From positions 347,011 through 379,010 of the forward strand of contig NZ_CP046206.1 of the NCBI RefSeq assembly GCF_012570145.1: a DNA stretch of 32,000 bases, given 5' to 3'. Source of the stretch: Enterobacteriaceae endosymbiont of Donacia provostii. GTDB taxonomy: Bacteria > Pseudomonadota > Gammaproteobacteria > Enterobacterales > Enterobacteriaceae. Under the pieces are notes generated by a model. That model did no database searches. It had not been told where the DNA came from and saw only the letters and a program-made list of their open reading frames with translations. The position numbers and the translations under genes were made by a program. Shown here one piece after another: positions 10,546 to 20,586 of this stretch; the stretch's first letter is position 1, and every line of letters begins with the position of its first letter.

Positions 10546-10920
10546 TTATTTAAAAATAAAACTTTTTTTACATCCACAAAATTCTTTAATATTACTATTA
10601 TAAAATTGAAAAGATTGATGAAAATTATTCTTTGTAAAATCTATAATAGTATTATCTATAAATATAATATCTTTTTTATTAACAAAAATATATGTTTGAT
10701 CTTTTTGAAATAAAATTTCATGATATAATAATTGATCTAATAATGAAATTTTATATTTTGATCCAAAACAACCAGATTTTATTAACATTAATTTTAATGC
10801 TTTATTTTTACTTTTATAAAGTATATTATTTATTTTTAAAAATGCTATTTTAGTTATATATAAACCTTGATATTTATTTTTTGTACATGTTAAATGAATT
10901 AAATTTTTTTGGTTTTTCAT
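10546..10920 (-). CDS. sufA: A-type Fe-S carrier SufA
   Basis: 124-aa ORF with the Cys motif SGCFG and the C-terminal CGCKKSF (the family pattern is CGCGxSF). It is the first gene of the suf array. Confidence 0.85.
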   Translation of the reverse strand: MKNQKNLIHLTCTKNKYQGLYITKIAFLKINNILYKSKNKALKLMLIKSGCFGSKYKISLLDQLLYHEILFQKDQTYIFVNKKDIIFIDNTIIDFTKNNFHQSFQFYNSNIKEFCGCKKSFIFK

Positions 10921-11039
10921 TATTAAAATCCAGAAATATTATGTATATTCTTCTTGTAAGGGAAATTAAACAAAATCTTATAAAATTTAGACAAAAAATT
11001 TTATTTTCTTAAAATTTAAAATAAAAATATTATTTATAG

Positions 11040-11069
11040 AAATAAATAAAAAATATTTTTTATTTATTT
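11040..11069 (-). terminator. 30-bp perfect A/T-only palindrome; candidate murJ terminator
   Basis: AAATAAATAAAAAAT|ATTTTTTATTTATTT. All 15 arm positions were checked base by base. It lies 33 nt downstream of the murJ stop (11103-11105) and upstream of sufA. Confidence 0.3.
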
Positions 11070-11102
11070 TAAATATTATATATTTTATTTTAAAAAATAA
11101 AA

Positions 11103-12650
11103 TTATTTAATTATATTTTTTAAAGAAAAATCTTCTATTCTAAAACCTAATAAAAATAATAGTAAAATATATAATATAAAAATTATAGAACAAATAATTA
11201 ATAAATAAAAAATACGTATTTTAAAAGGAGATAAAATTAACCATTTTTCTGGTGTTTTACAAACAATACAAAATAAAATAATACTTAATAATATTGTAAT
11301 TATTAAAATACGAAATAAAAAATTTATCCATCCATTTTCTGGCATATATAATTTTTTTTTTACTAATGTTTTATACAATAAAATTACATTCAATAAAGCT
11401 GCAAAACATATAGATATAGGAAAACCTATATGATGTAAAAAAAAGATAAATATAGGACTTATTAATTGAGTAATAATTAAAACAAATATATTAATTTTAA
11501 CAGGAGTTTTTACATCTTGTCTTGCGTAAAATCCAATTGCTAAAACTTTAGCTATTACTAAAAATAATAATCCAACAGAATATATAATAATATTTACTTG
11601 AGTCATTAATACATCAAAATAAGTAAATGCTCCATATTGAAACAATGAAATTAATAATAATTTTGATAAAAATCCTAAAATTAATGAACTAGGTACTACT
11701 AATAAAAAACATAAACGTAAACCTATATCCATTAATTGATTATATTCATGTTCTTTATTTTGAGTATAAGCATCAGTTAAAGCAGGAAGTAATACTATCG
11801 TTAGTGCTATTCCAAACATACCAACAGGTAATTCCATAAGACGATCGGAATAATAAATCCAGGTAATTGATCCAGTAATTAAAAAAGAAGAAAAAGCAGA
11901 ATTAATTAATAAAGATATTTGTGTTGCTGCTACACCAATAATTGCAGTACACATTTTTTTAAAAACTCTTAATACTCCTTTATCAAAATTTTTAAAACTT
12001 GGTAATATTATCATATTAATTTTTTTTAAATAAATTAATTGATAAAAAATTTGAGATAATCCTCCAATTAATACAGCCCAAGCTAAAATTAAAATTGATG
12101 GTTCTAATAAATTGGGAAATATTATAATTAATAATATCATACTTACATTTAGTAAAATAGGAGTAATTGCTGGTACAAAAAAATTTTTCCAAATATTTAA
12201 AATAGAACTAGCTAATGATGATAATGATATTAATAAAATATACGGAAAAGTCATTTTTAAAATTTTTGAAGTAAGTTTTAATTTATAATCTGTATTAACA
12301 AAACCTGGTGCAATAATTGAAATAATAAATGAAGAAAATAATATACCTAATATTACTATTATAGAAAGTATAATAATTAGTATACCTAATGTAGAAGCAA
12401 TAAAATTTTTCGTTTCTTTATTACTTCTTTTATTTTTATATTCAGCTAAAATAGGAGTAAAAGCCTGAGAAAAAGCTCCTTCTGCAAAAATACGTCTTAA
12501 TAAATTAGGTAGCTTAAAAGCTATAAAAAAAGAATCACTATAAATACCAGCGCCAAAAACTTTTGCAATAAGACTATCTCTGATAAAACCTAATAATCTC
12601 GAAAGCAATGTAATTATACTAACTGTAGTTAATGACTTTAATAAATTCAT
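11103..12650 (-). CDS. murJ: Lipid II flippase MurJ (MviN)
   Basis: 515-aa polytopic membrane ORF. The N-terminal blocks LLSRLLGFIRDSLIAKVFGAG and FFIAFKLPNLLRRIFAEGAFSQAFTPIL are characteristic of MurJ. Confidence 0.9.
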   Translation of the reverse strand: MNLLKSLTTVSIITLLSRLLGFIRDSLIAKVFGAGIYSDSFFIAFKLPNLLRRIFAEGAFSQAFTPILAEYKNKRSNKETKNFIASTLGILIIILSIIVILGILFSSFIISIIAPGFVNTDYKLKLTSKILKMTFPYILLISLSSLASSILNIWKNFFVPAITPILLNVSMILLIIIFPNLLEPSILILAWAVLIGGLSQIFYQLIYLKKINMIILPSFKNFDKGVLRVFKKMCTAIIGVAATQISLLINSAFSSFLITGSITWIYYSDRLMELPVGMFGIALTIVLLPALTDAYTQNKEHEYNQLMDIGLRLCFLLVVPSSLILGFLSKLLLISLFQYGAFTYFDVLMTQVNIIIYSVGLLFLVIAKVLAIGFYARQDVKTPVKINIFVLIITQLISPIFIFFLHHIGFPISICFAALLNVILLYKTLVKKKLYMPENGWINFLFRILIITILLSIILFCIVCKTPEKWLILSPFKIRIFYLLIICSIIFILYILLLFLLGFRIEDFSLKNIIK

Positions 12651-12821
12651 ATAATTCCTAAAAATAATAGTTTACTATATAAATAAATTATTTTAATAAA
12701 AAATTCAATATAATAAATTATTTTCTTTTATAAAAATCATTTTTCAAATATTATAAATTTTATTAACATATTTAAATGTATGTCTATTTATATAAAATAT
12801 AAATTTTAAAAGGTAAAAATA

Positions 12822-13418
12822 ATGAATGTAAAAGAAATATCTAGAGCAAAATTACCTACAAAATGGGGAAAATTTGTTATTATAGGTTTTAAAGAAATAG
12901 ATACTGGTAATAATCATATTGTTTTAGTAAAAGGTTTAAAAAATATAAATAAAAATTCTATTATATTAGTAAGAATACATTCAGAATGTTTAACTGGAGA
13001 TGTTTTTGATAGTTTACGTTGTGATTGTGGAATACAATTACAATTATCATTAGATAAAATTTCTCAAGAAAATTGTGGAATATTAATTTATCATAGACAA
13101 GAAGGAAGAAATATTGGTATTTTAAATAAAATTAAAGCTTATAATCTACAGGATAAAGGATTAGATACTATTGAAGCTAATCATAAACTAGGATTTGATA
13201 CAGATGAACGAAATTTTATTTCTTGTGTAAATATTCTAAAAAATTTAGATATTAAATATATTAAATTATTAACTAATAATCCTTATAAAATTAAAATTTT
13301 AAGAAAATATGGTATAAATATTGTTAGTAGAATACCATTAATTGTAAATTCTAACATTTATAATTTTAAATATTTAAATACAAAATATTTAAAATTAAAA
13401 CACTTATTGTTTTTATAA
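12822..13418 (+). CDS. ribA: GTP cyclohydrolase II
   Basis: 198-aa ORF with [20 protein letters not shown] (zinc Cys ligands), [18 protein letters not shown] and LLTNNP. It is collinear with E. coli RibA. Confidence 0.95.
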   Translation: MNVKEISRAKLPTKWGKFVIIGFKEIDTGNNHIVLVKGLKNINKNSIILVRIHSECLTGDVFDSLRCDCGIQLQLSLDKISQENCGILIYHRQEGRNIGILNKIKAYNLQDKGLDTIEANHKLGFDTDERNFISCVNILKNLDIKYIKLLTNNPYKIKILRKYGINIVSRIPLIVNSNIYNFKYLNTKYLKLKHLLFL

Positions 13419-13432
13419 ATTTTTTAATAATG

Positions 13433-14836
13433 TTAAAAAATTTTTTTAATATATTTTATTAATTTTTTTAAAGTTATTTTTTTTTTACTACAAATTTTTT
13501 TTTTTAAAAGTTCTTTAATTTTAAATATATAATTTTGAATAAAATTATCATTTAATACATTTTTTTTATATATATTCCATATTTTTTGTTCTTTCATATT
13601 TAGAATCATAGGAAAATTTCTTGCTTTATATTTTAATAATAAAATATTAGCTCTTTTATCTTGAAAAGATAATTTTTTTAAAAAAATAAATTTTTTATTA
13701 TGTATATATTTAAATTTTAATAAGTCTTTATTAGGAAAAAAATTTTTATATAATTGTTCATCAACATTGTAAATATTTGTTTCATAACTTTTAATCATAA
13801 AATTTGTTAAAAATAATTTTATAATATTTTTTATTTTTAAAAAATTTTTTTTTAATAAAATAAAGTTTTTTACATAAAAAATATAATTAAATTCTAAACG
13901 TTTAATATCTATTTTAGATAAAATATTAAAAGGTAATAATAAAGGAACTTTATTAAAGTTAATTATTTGTATGTGTGAAAAAATAATTTTTTGATCTAAT
14001 TTATTGAATGTTTTAATATTTTGTAAAAAAAAATTTATATTTTTTATTAAATTAAAAGTTACTAATATATTTTGATTTTGTGGATGCCAAAATAATGGAG
14101 TTATACAACTTATATTGTTATTTTTATTTTTATAAATATGACTAATATGTACTAAAATATTAATTTTTGATAAATTTATTATTTTTATTAATTCTTTTTT
14201 TTTTCTATATTTAAAAAAATATTTATATAATAGTGGTTGTTTATTTTTAATTAATTTTGTAATAGATATTGTAGTATATACATCAGATAATGCATCATGA
14301 ATTTTATAAGATAAAAGATTATTAATCTTAGCTATTTTTTCAAGATTAAAAACAGGAATATTATTAACTTTAGGCCAAAAAATTCCATCAGGTCTTAAAA
14401 CATAACATGCTCTAACTAATTTTAATATATCCCATCTACTATTATTATTTTTCCAAAACCAACTATATGGATCATAAAAATTTCGATAAAATAAAAATTT
14501 ACTGAATTCATCATCAAAATTAATATTATTATATCCAACAACACAAGTATTTGGATATAAAAATATATTATTGATATAATTTGCAAATTTATTTTCTTGT
14601 ATTCCTTTTAAATTAACTATATATGGATTTATATTATGAATAATAACTGATTTAGGATCAGGTAAATAATCATTAGGTAATTTACAGTAGAGAACTATAG
14701 GTTTATTAATTATATTTAAATTAATGTCAGTACGTATACAAGCAAATTGAGCAATTCTATCTTTTTTAGGATTTAAACCAAAAGTTTCATAATCATAAAA
14801 TAAAAAATTAAATTTTAATTTTTTTTTCTTTAACAT
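13433..14836 (-). CDS. sbcB: Exodeoxyribonuclease I
   Basis: 467-aa ORF with the DEDDh motifs FLFYDYETFG, GYNNINFDDEF and HDALSDVY. Its length is close to that of E. coli SbcB. Confidence 0.9.
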   Translation of the reverse strand: MLKKKKLKFNFLFYDYETFGLNPKKDRIAQFACIRTDINLNIINKPIVLYCKLPNDYLPDPKSVIIHNINPYIVNLKGIQENKFANYINNIFLYPNTCVVGYNNINFDDEFSKFLFYRNFYDPYSWFWKNNNSRWDILKLVRACYVLRPDGIFWPKVNNIPVFNLEKIAKINNLLSYKIHDALSDVYTTISITKLIKNKQPLLYKYFFKYRKKKELIKIINLSKINILVHISHIYKNKNNNISCITPLFWHPQNQNILVTFNLIKNINFFLQNIKTFNKLDQKIIFSHIQIINFNKVPLLLPFNILSKIDIKRLEFNYIFYVKNFILLKKNFLKIKNIIKLFLTNFMIKSYETNIYNVDEQLYKNFFPNKDLLKFKYIHNKKFIFLKKLSFQDKRANILLLKYKARNFPMILNMKEQKIWNIYKKNVLNDNFIQNYIFKIKELLKKKICSKKKITLKKLIKYIKKIF

Positions 14837-14891
14837 AGTATATAATACTACTATATTATTATTATTTTAACAATAGTAATTAATTTAATAT

Positions 14892-14976
14892 GGTGAGGTG
14901 GCCGAGTGGTTGAAGGCGCATGCCTGGAAAGTATGTATATGGAAACATATCAGGGGTTCAAATCCCCTTCTCACCG
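14892..14976 (+). tRNA. serW: tRNA-Ser, anticodon GGA, class II (long variable arm), no encoded CCA
   Basis: Folded by hand. Acceptor GGTGAGG/TCTCACC plus discriminator G. D stem GCC/GGC. Anticodon stem CATGC/GTATG with loop CTGGAAA. Variable arm ATATG-GAAA-CATAT. T arm AGGGG-TTCAAAT-CCCCT. It is near-identical to E. coli serW/serX as I recall them. The 3' flank is AAAA, not CCA. Confidence 0.93.
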
Positions 14977-15021
14977 AAAAATAATATTTTTAACTATTTT
15001 AAAAATAAATGATCTCAAGAA

Positions 15022-15597
15022 ATGTTCGATATAAATTTAACTGAAATAATGTATAAATACGGTTATTTAATAATATTATTAAGTTCTTTAATTGAATGGG
15101 AAACATTTATTATTATTGCTGGTATGTTAGCACATAAAAAAATTCTTAATTTAAATAAAATTATAATCATTACTATAATAGGTTCTATATTAAGTAATCA
15201 AATATTATTTTATATAGGTAAAAAATATGGTAAAAGTTTATTATCTTTTTTAAAAAATTACAATGTAAAAATTCAAAAATATAGTCTTCTTTTAAAGAAG
15301 TATCCTTATTTTTTTATTATTATTACAAGATTTATTTATGGATTTAGATTAATTAGTCCCATAATAATGGGTATTACAAATATTTCTAATATAAATTTTT
15401 TTTTATTAAATATTATTGGAGCTTTTATTTGGACTATTTTTTTTACTACTTCTGGATATTTTTTTGGAGAAATAATATCAAAAAGTATAAAAGATACTAC
15501 TAAAATTAGTAAATATTTTTTATATTTTTTTTTATTATTATTAATAATAATATTTATATTTAAATTTTTACAAAAAAAAAATAGATATTTTAAATAA
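15022..15597 (+). CDS. yohD: DedA-family inner membrane protein (YohD-like)
   Basis: 191-aa membrane ORF. The blocks YKYGYLIILLSSLIEWET, ITRFIYGFRLISPIIMG and LNIIGAFIWTIFFTTSGYFFG are collinear with E. coli YohD (192 aa, from memory). Confidence 0.8.
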   Translation: MFDINLTEIMYKYGYLIILLSSLIEWETFIIIAGMLAHKKILNLNKIIIITIIGSILSNQILFYIGKKYGKSLLSFLKNYNVKIQKYSLLLKKYPYFFIIITRFIYGFRLISPIIMGITNISNINFFLLNIIGAFIWTIFFTTSGYFFGEIISKSIKDTTKISKYFLYFFLLLLIIIFIFKFLQKKNRYFK

Positions 15598-15620
15598 TTA
15601 AATTTTATAAAATTTAATTA
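15595..15620. terminator. 26-bp perfect A/T-only palindrome spanning both stop codons of convergent yohD and nuoN; candidate bidirectional hairpin
   Basis: TAATTAAATTTTA|TAAAATTTAATTA. All 13 arm positions were checked. It begins at the first base of the yohD TAA (15595-15597) and includes the nuoN stop (15614-16, TTA on the plus strand). Confidence 0.3.
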
Positions 15621-17083
15621 ATCATTAATTGAGTTATTAATTGTGGATATAATCCTAATATAATTGTTATTATAGCAAATAATAATAATAAATTTTTTAC
15701 AAAAAAGTAATAATAATTATTCTCTATTTTATTAAAATAAATAATCTTATTTATTTTAGATGGTTTTAAATACAAACTAATAATAATTTTTAAATAATAA
15801 TATATACCCATAGAACTACCAAAAATAATTATATTAGCTAAATACCACATTTTCATTTTTATACTTAAAGCTATTAAATAAAATTTAGATATAAATCCTA
15901 TTGTAATAGGAATACCTGCTAGAGATAAAAACATTACTGTTAAAGTAAAAGCTAAAATAGGATCATACCAAAATAAACCACGATAATAATATAATTTATC
16001 TATATTAATTTCATTAACATTAAAACTAGAAAATATACTCATTACACCTAAAATACCTAAATGATTAATTAAATATCCAATTATATATATAATCATCATT
16101 TCTAAAGAAAAAATATATGTTTCATATTTTTGATTATAAATTAACATTATTAACATATAACCTATATGTGATATAGATGAATATGCTAATAAACGTTTAA
16201 TATTATCTTTATGAACAATACCCAAAATATTACCAAATAATATTGATAATATAGATAATAAAACTATAATTTTTAATATAAAAGTTTGCATATAATAAAT
16301 ATATGTAAAATTAATTAAAAATTTAAATAAAAATATAAAAATCGATATTTTACTAAATGTAGATAAAAATAATGTAACAATAGTTGGCGATCCTTGATAA
16401 ACATCTGCAGTCCATAAATGAAATGGTACTATAGATAATTTAAATCCTAAACTAATTATTATTAATAATAAACCAATAATTGTTAAATAATTTATATTAA
16501 AAAAATTATGTACAATATCATTATTTAATAAATTAATAAAATTTAAATTACCATTATCTAAATAAATAAAAGATATACCTAATATTAAAAATGACGAAAC
16601 TATTATAGAAATAATAGTATATTTTATACTAGCTTCTAAAGAATTTTTTAATGTTGTATTAAAAAATATTAATCCAAAAGTAGGTATAGATATTAATTCT
16701 ATTCCAACTAACATTGAAATTAAATTAACTGAATCTAATAATACTAAACTTCCTATAGAAGAAATTATAATTAATAAATAAAATTCATCTCTATTATCTT
16801 TAAAAGAAGATAACCACTTATAAGCTAATAAGCATATTATTATATTATTTAATAATATAATAATTTTATATAGATTTGAATATTTATCTTGTAAAAATAA
16901 ATTATCCATAAAAAAATTATTTTTGTATATATAAACAATAGATATTATTGTTAATATAAAACTAATAATTGTGATAATTAAACTTGTTTTATTATCACGT
17001 TTTATAGATATTTTCATTAACAATAATATTAATGAAAGAATATTAATAATTAAAGGTATTAATGATATTATTGATTTAGTCAT
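15614..17083 (-). CDS. nuoN: NADH-quinone oxidoreductase subunit N
   Basis: 489-aa polytopic ORF with LEASIKYTIIS, FKLSIVPFHLWTADVYQGSPT and KRLLAYSSISHIGY. It is the last gene of the nuo array. Confidence 0.92.
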   Translation of the reverse strand: MTKSIISLIPLIINILSLILLLMKISIKRDNKTSLIITIISFILTIISIVYIYKNNFFMDNLFLQDKYSNLYKIIILLNNIIICLLAYKWLSSFKDNRDEFYLLIIISSIGSLVLLDSVNLISMLVGIELISIPTFGLIFFNTTLKNSLEASIKYTIISIIVSSFLILGISFIYLDNGNLNFINLLNNDIVHNFFNINYLTIIGLLLIIISLGFKLSIVPFHLWTADVYQGSPTIVTLFLSTFSKISIFIFLFKFLINFTYIYYMQTFILKIIVLLSILSILFGNILGIVHKDNIKRLLAYSSISHIGYMLIMLIYNQKYETYIFSLEMMIIYIIGYLINHLGILGVMSIFSSFNVNEINIDKLYYYRGLFWYDPILAFTLTVMFLSLAGIPITIGFISKFYLIALSIKMKMWYLANIIIFGSSMGIYYYLKIIISLYLKPSKINKIIYFNKIENNYYYFFVKNLLLLFAIITIILGLYPQLITQLMIN

Positions 17084-17134
17084 AAAATTTTCTATTTATT
17101 TAAATAATGTATATTAAATAATATATAAATTAAA

Positions 17135-18652
17135 TTAATAATTTATCATTATTATTCTATTATATATACTATTAATAGTATTATTTGATATATTTAAAAT
17201 TAATTGTGGATAAAATCCTAAAATTACTAATAAAATTAATAATATAAATAAAATAATTTTTTCTCTTAAAAACATATTTTTTTCTAAAATATTTATTTTA
17301 ATTTTAGAACCATAAAAAATTTTTTGTATCATATTCAAAGAATAAATACTAGTAAATAATAAACTAAAAGTAGCAATACATGCATAAACAGGATACTTAT
17401 AAAAAGTACCTAATAAAATTAAAAATTCTCCTATAAAATTTCCTGTACCTGGTATACCAATACTAGCTAAAGCAAAAAAAATAAATAAACCTGGTAACAT
17501 ATTTATTTTATTCCATATTCCTCCCATTAATTGAATATTACGTGTTTTTAATCTTTCATATATTTGTCCACAAATAATAAATTGTGCAGCAGCTGAAATA
17601 CCATGTGATATCATTTGTATTATTACACCTTGATAAGCTAATTTATTAAAACTATAAATTCCTATCAAAATATATCCCATATGAGATATTGATGTATAAG
17701 CTATAATTTTTTTTATATCATTTTGTATATAAGCCATCCAAGATCCATAAAAAATACCTAATACTCCTAATATTATTGCAATAGATGAAAATTTTAAAGA
17801 TGATATAGGAAATAATGGTAATATAAATCTTAATAAACCATAAGCAGCAGTTTTTAATAAAATACCAGCTAAATCAACAGATCCTGCAGTTGGAGCTTGA
17901 CTATGTGCATCAGGTAACCATCCATGAAATGGAATAATAGGCATTTTTACTGCAAATGCAATGAAAAAAGATAACATTAATAAAAATTCTGTTTTTAAAT
18001 TTAAATGATGATTTAATAAATCTTTATACTCAAAAGTTAATATACCAGTAGATTTATAATAAAAAAAAACTAAAGATAAAATTCCACATAGCATTAATAA
18101 ACCACTAGATTGTGTATAAATAAAAAATTTAGTTGCTGCTTTAATACGGCTACGTCCTTTAATATCTTTATGTCCCCATAAAGATATTAAAAAATACATA
18201 GGTAATAACATTATTTCCCAAAATAAAAAAAATAAAAACATGTCTACAGATAAAAATACTCCAATAACTCCACTTAAAATCCATAATAAATTTAAATGGA
18301 AAAAACCATGAAGTTTTTTAATTTCATTCCAAGAACATATAATAGCCATTATACCTAATAATCCAGTTAAATTTATCATTATTAATGATAATTCGTCCAT
18401 AGCTAAATGAAAATGGATTCCAAATCTGGGAATCCATTTTAACATAAATTCCGAAATCCATATAGGATATTGAAAATATATATTTTTTTTAGAAAAATAT
18501 GTGTATAAAATTAATTGAATAATAGATATTATGAAAATAAAACTAATAGAAATTAAAGATATCCAACGAGGAAATTTAGAATTTATTTTTTCACTTTGCC
18601 AACAAATTAAACCACTAAAAAAAGGTATTAATATAAAACAGGGTAATAACAT
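17135..18652 (-). CDS. nuoM: NADH-quinone oxidoreductase subunit M
   Basis: 505-aa ORF with PFHGWLPDAHSQAPTAGSVDLAGILLKTAAYGLLRF and KKIIAYTSISHMGY. Confidence 0.94.
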   Translation of the reverse strand: MLLPCFILIPFFSGLICWQSEKINSKFPRWISLISISFIFIISIIQLILYTYFSKKNIYFQYPIWISEFMLKWIPRFGIHFHLAMDELSLIMINLTGLLGIMAIICSWNEIKKLHGFFHLNLLWILSGVIGVFLSVDMFLFFLFWEIMLLPMYFLISLWGHKDIKGRSRIKAATKFFIYTQSSGLLMLCGILSLVFFYYKSTGILTFEYKDLLNHHLNLKTEFLLMLSFFIAFAVKMPIIPFHGWLPDAHSQAPTAGSVDLAGILLKTAAYGLLRFILPLFPISSLKFSSIAIILGVLGIFYGSWMAYIQNDIKKIIAYTSISHMGYILIGIYSFNKLAYQGVIIQMISHGISAAAQFIICGQIYERLKTRNIQLMGGIWNKINMLPGLFIFFALASIGIPGTGNFIGEFLILLGTFYKYPVYACIATFSLLFTSIYSLNMIQKIFYGSKIKINILEKNMFLREKIILFILLILLVILGFYPQLILNISNNTINSIYNRIIMINY

Positions 18653-18702
18653 AAAATTTCCTAATTATATTTATAATATGTAATATATAAAAATTAAATT
18701 TA

Positions 18703-20586
18703 TTATATAAAATAATAATGATTATTAATAAATATTGTAAAATATAATAAAATTATTATTGTTCCTATATATATCATTGATATATACCAACGGATATCTC
18801 CATTTTGGCTTATTAATAATATTTTTCCTGTTTTGCTTAAAAATTTAATAAAAAAATAATCTATAATTTTGGCAATAGGATCATTTTTTATTAAAAATAA
18901 AAATTTTTTAAAAATATATGTAAATATATTTACATATATATAATCAATATAATAACCGTTGAAAAAAAAATTATTTATATAATTAAAAAAATAATAATTT
19001 TGATTAATAATCTTATTTATTATAACATTATTTTTTATATATAAAATATATAAAAAATAACTAATAATGAAAATTAATATAGATAATATTTCTATTATAA
19101 AATAATTTTGATGATTAAATATTAATAATTTGTTAGGTAGTAAAAATTTTTTTTTTATTGGTAAAAATATTACACTAATGTAACTAGATAATATCATTAA
19201 TATTATTAATGGAATATTATGCATTAATTGATTATTTTTTATTTCTTGCAAAAAATTTTTATTTTTACTATAAAAAATTTTATCAATCATTCGAATAGTA
19301 TATAAAAAAGTAAAAAAACTACCTATCAAACTTATAATAAATAAAATAGTATATTTACTGATAAAAATTTCATATAATATTTTTTCTTTTGTAAAACCAC
19401 TCATAGTAATAAAAGGTATTGAAATTAAAGACATTGAACCAAATAAAAAAACATAATATAAGAATGGAGATTTTTTTTTTATTCCTCCCATTTTAAATAT
19501 ATTCTGTTCATTTTTACATAAAAAAATAATAGATGCAGCACATAAAAAAAGTAATGCTTTAAAAAAAGCATGTGATATTATATGAAATAAAGAAGCTTTC
19601 CATAAACTAAGACCTAATGCTAAAAACATATATCCAATTTGACTCATTGTAGAATATGCTAAAATACTTTTAATATTTTTCTGTATCATTGCAGAATAAC
19701 CAGATAATAATATTGTTATTGCACCAATAATACTGCATAAAAAAAGTATATCATTATTCATTAAAAATAATATATTATTACGTAAAATTAAATAAATACC
19801 AGCAGTAACCATAGTTGCTGCATGAATCATAGCAGATACAGGAGTAGGTCCTGCCATTGCATCTATTAACCAGGTATTTAATGGAAATTGTGCAGATTTA
19901 CTTAAGGATCCTATTATAATCATAATAGATATTATTTTCAAATAATATGATTTATAATAAATTAAAGATGATGTAGAAATATTTAATATTTCTATAAAAT
20001 TAAAAGAATTAAATATTCGAAATATAAAAAACATTCCAATAATTAGAAAAATATCACTAAAACGAGTAATTAAAAATGCTTTTATAGCAGATAATCCATT
20101 TAATGATTTTTTATAAAAAAATCCTATCAATAAATAAGAACATACTCCTACTCCTTCCCATCCAAAAAACATTAAAATAAAATTATCAGCTAAAATTAAT
20201 AATGTCATATTAGCAATAAACAAATTAGTATATGCAAAAAATCTAGAATATCCTTTTTCATTTTTCATATACCAAACAGAAAATATATGAATAAAAAATC
20301 CTACCCATGTAGTAATAAACAACATAACCAAGGATAACATATCTAAATATAAGTTAAAATCAACATGAAGAGAATTAATATTTAATATATTCCATAATGA
20401 TTGTTTATAAAATAATAATTTATTATTTAAAAAAATACATCCAATTATTAATGTTAATAATGCACTTACACCTATAAAAAAAATTCCAATTATTGAAATT
20501 TGATTCTTACTTAAATAAGTAGAAAATAGTGATAATAATAAAAAGCTAATTAATGGCATTAAAATAATTAAAAAAAGGCATTTCAT
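18703..20586 (-). CDS. nuoL: NADH-quinone oxidoreductase subunit L
   Basis: 627-aa ORF with WEGVGVCSYLLIGFFY, GPTPVSAMIHAATMVTAGIYL, LAYSTMSQIGYM and the C-terminal lateral-helix region ...NDPIAKIIDYF...ISQNGDIRWY. The ATGA start overlaps the nuoK stop. Confidence 0.94.
   Translation of the reverse strand: MKCLFLIILMPLISFLLLSLFSTYLSKNQISIIGIFFIGVSALLTLIIGCIFLNNKLLFYKQSLWNILNINSLHVDFNLYLDMLSLVMLFITTWVGFFIHIFSVWYMKNEKGYSRFFAYTNLFIANMTLLILADNFILMFFGWEGVGVCSYLLIGFFYKKSLNGLSAIKAFLITRFSDIFLIIGMFFIFRIFNSFNFIEILNISTSSLIYYKSYYLKIISIMIIIGSLSKSAQFPLNTWLIDAMAGPTPVSAMIHAATMVTAGIYLILRNNILFLMNNDILFLCSIIGAITILLSGYSAMIQKNIKSILAYSTMSQIGYMFLALGLSLWKASLFHIISHAFFKALLFLCAASIIFLCKNEQNIFKMGGIKKKSPFLYYVFLFGSMSLISIPFITMSGFTKEKILYEIFISKYTILFIISLIGSFFTFLYTIRMIDKIFYSKNKNFLQEIKNNQLMHNIPLIILMILSSYISVIFLPIKKKFLLPNKLLIFNHQNYFIIEILSILIFIISYFLYILYIKNNVIINKIINQNYYFFNYINNFFFNGYYIDYIYVNIFTYIFKKFLFLIKNDPIAKIIDYFFIKFLSKTGKILLISQNGDIRWYISMIYIGTIIILLYFTIFINNHYYFI

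Noticed and set aside
10528-10713. 61-aa ORF on the plus strand.
   Set aside because: It is antisense to sufA and to the sufA-sufB junction. It has low-complexity I/F/K/N composition and no recognisable motifs. Such antisense ORFs are expected in A/T-rich coding DNA.
12682-12724. 13-nt direct repeat AATAAATTATTTT (12682-12694 and 12712-12724) in the murJ/ribA divergent spacer; considered as possible regulator binding sites.
   Set aside because: It has two copies of pure A/T sequence, no dyad symmetry and no known matching motif. It is probably compositional chance.
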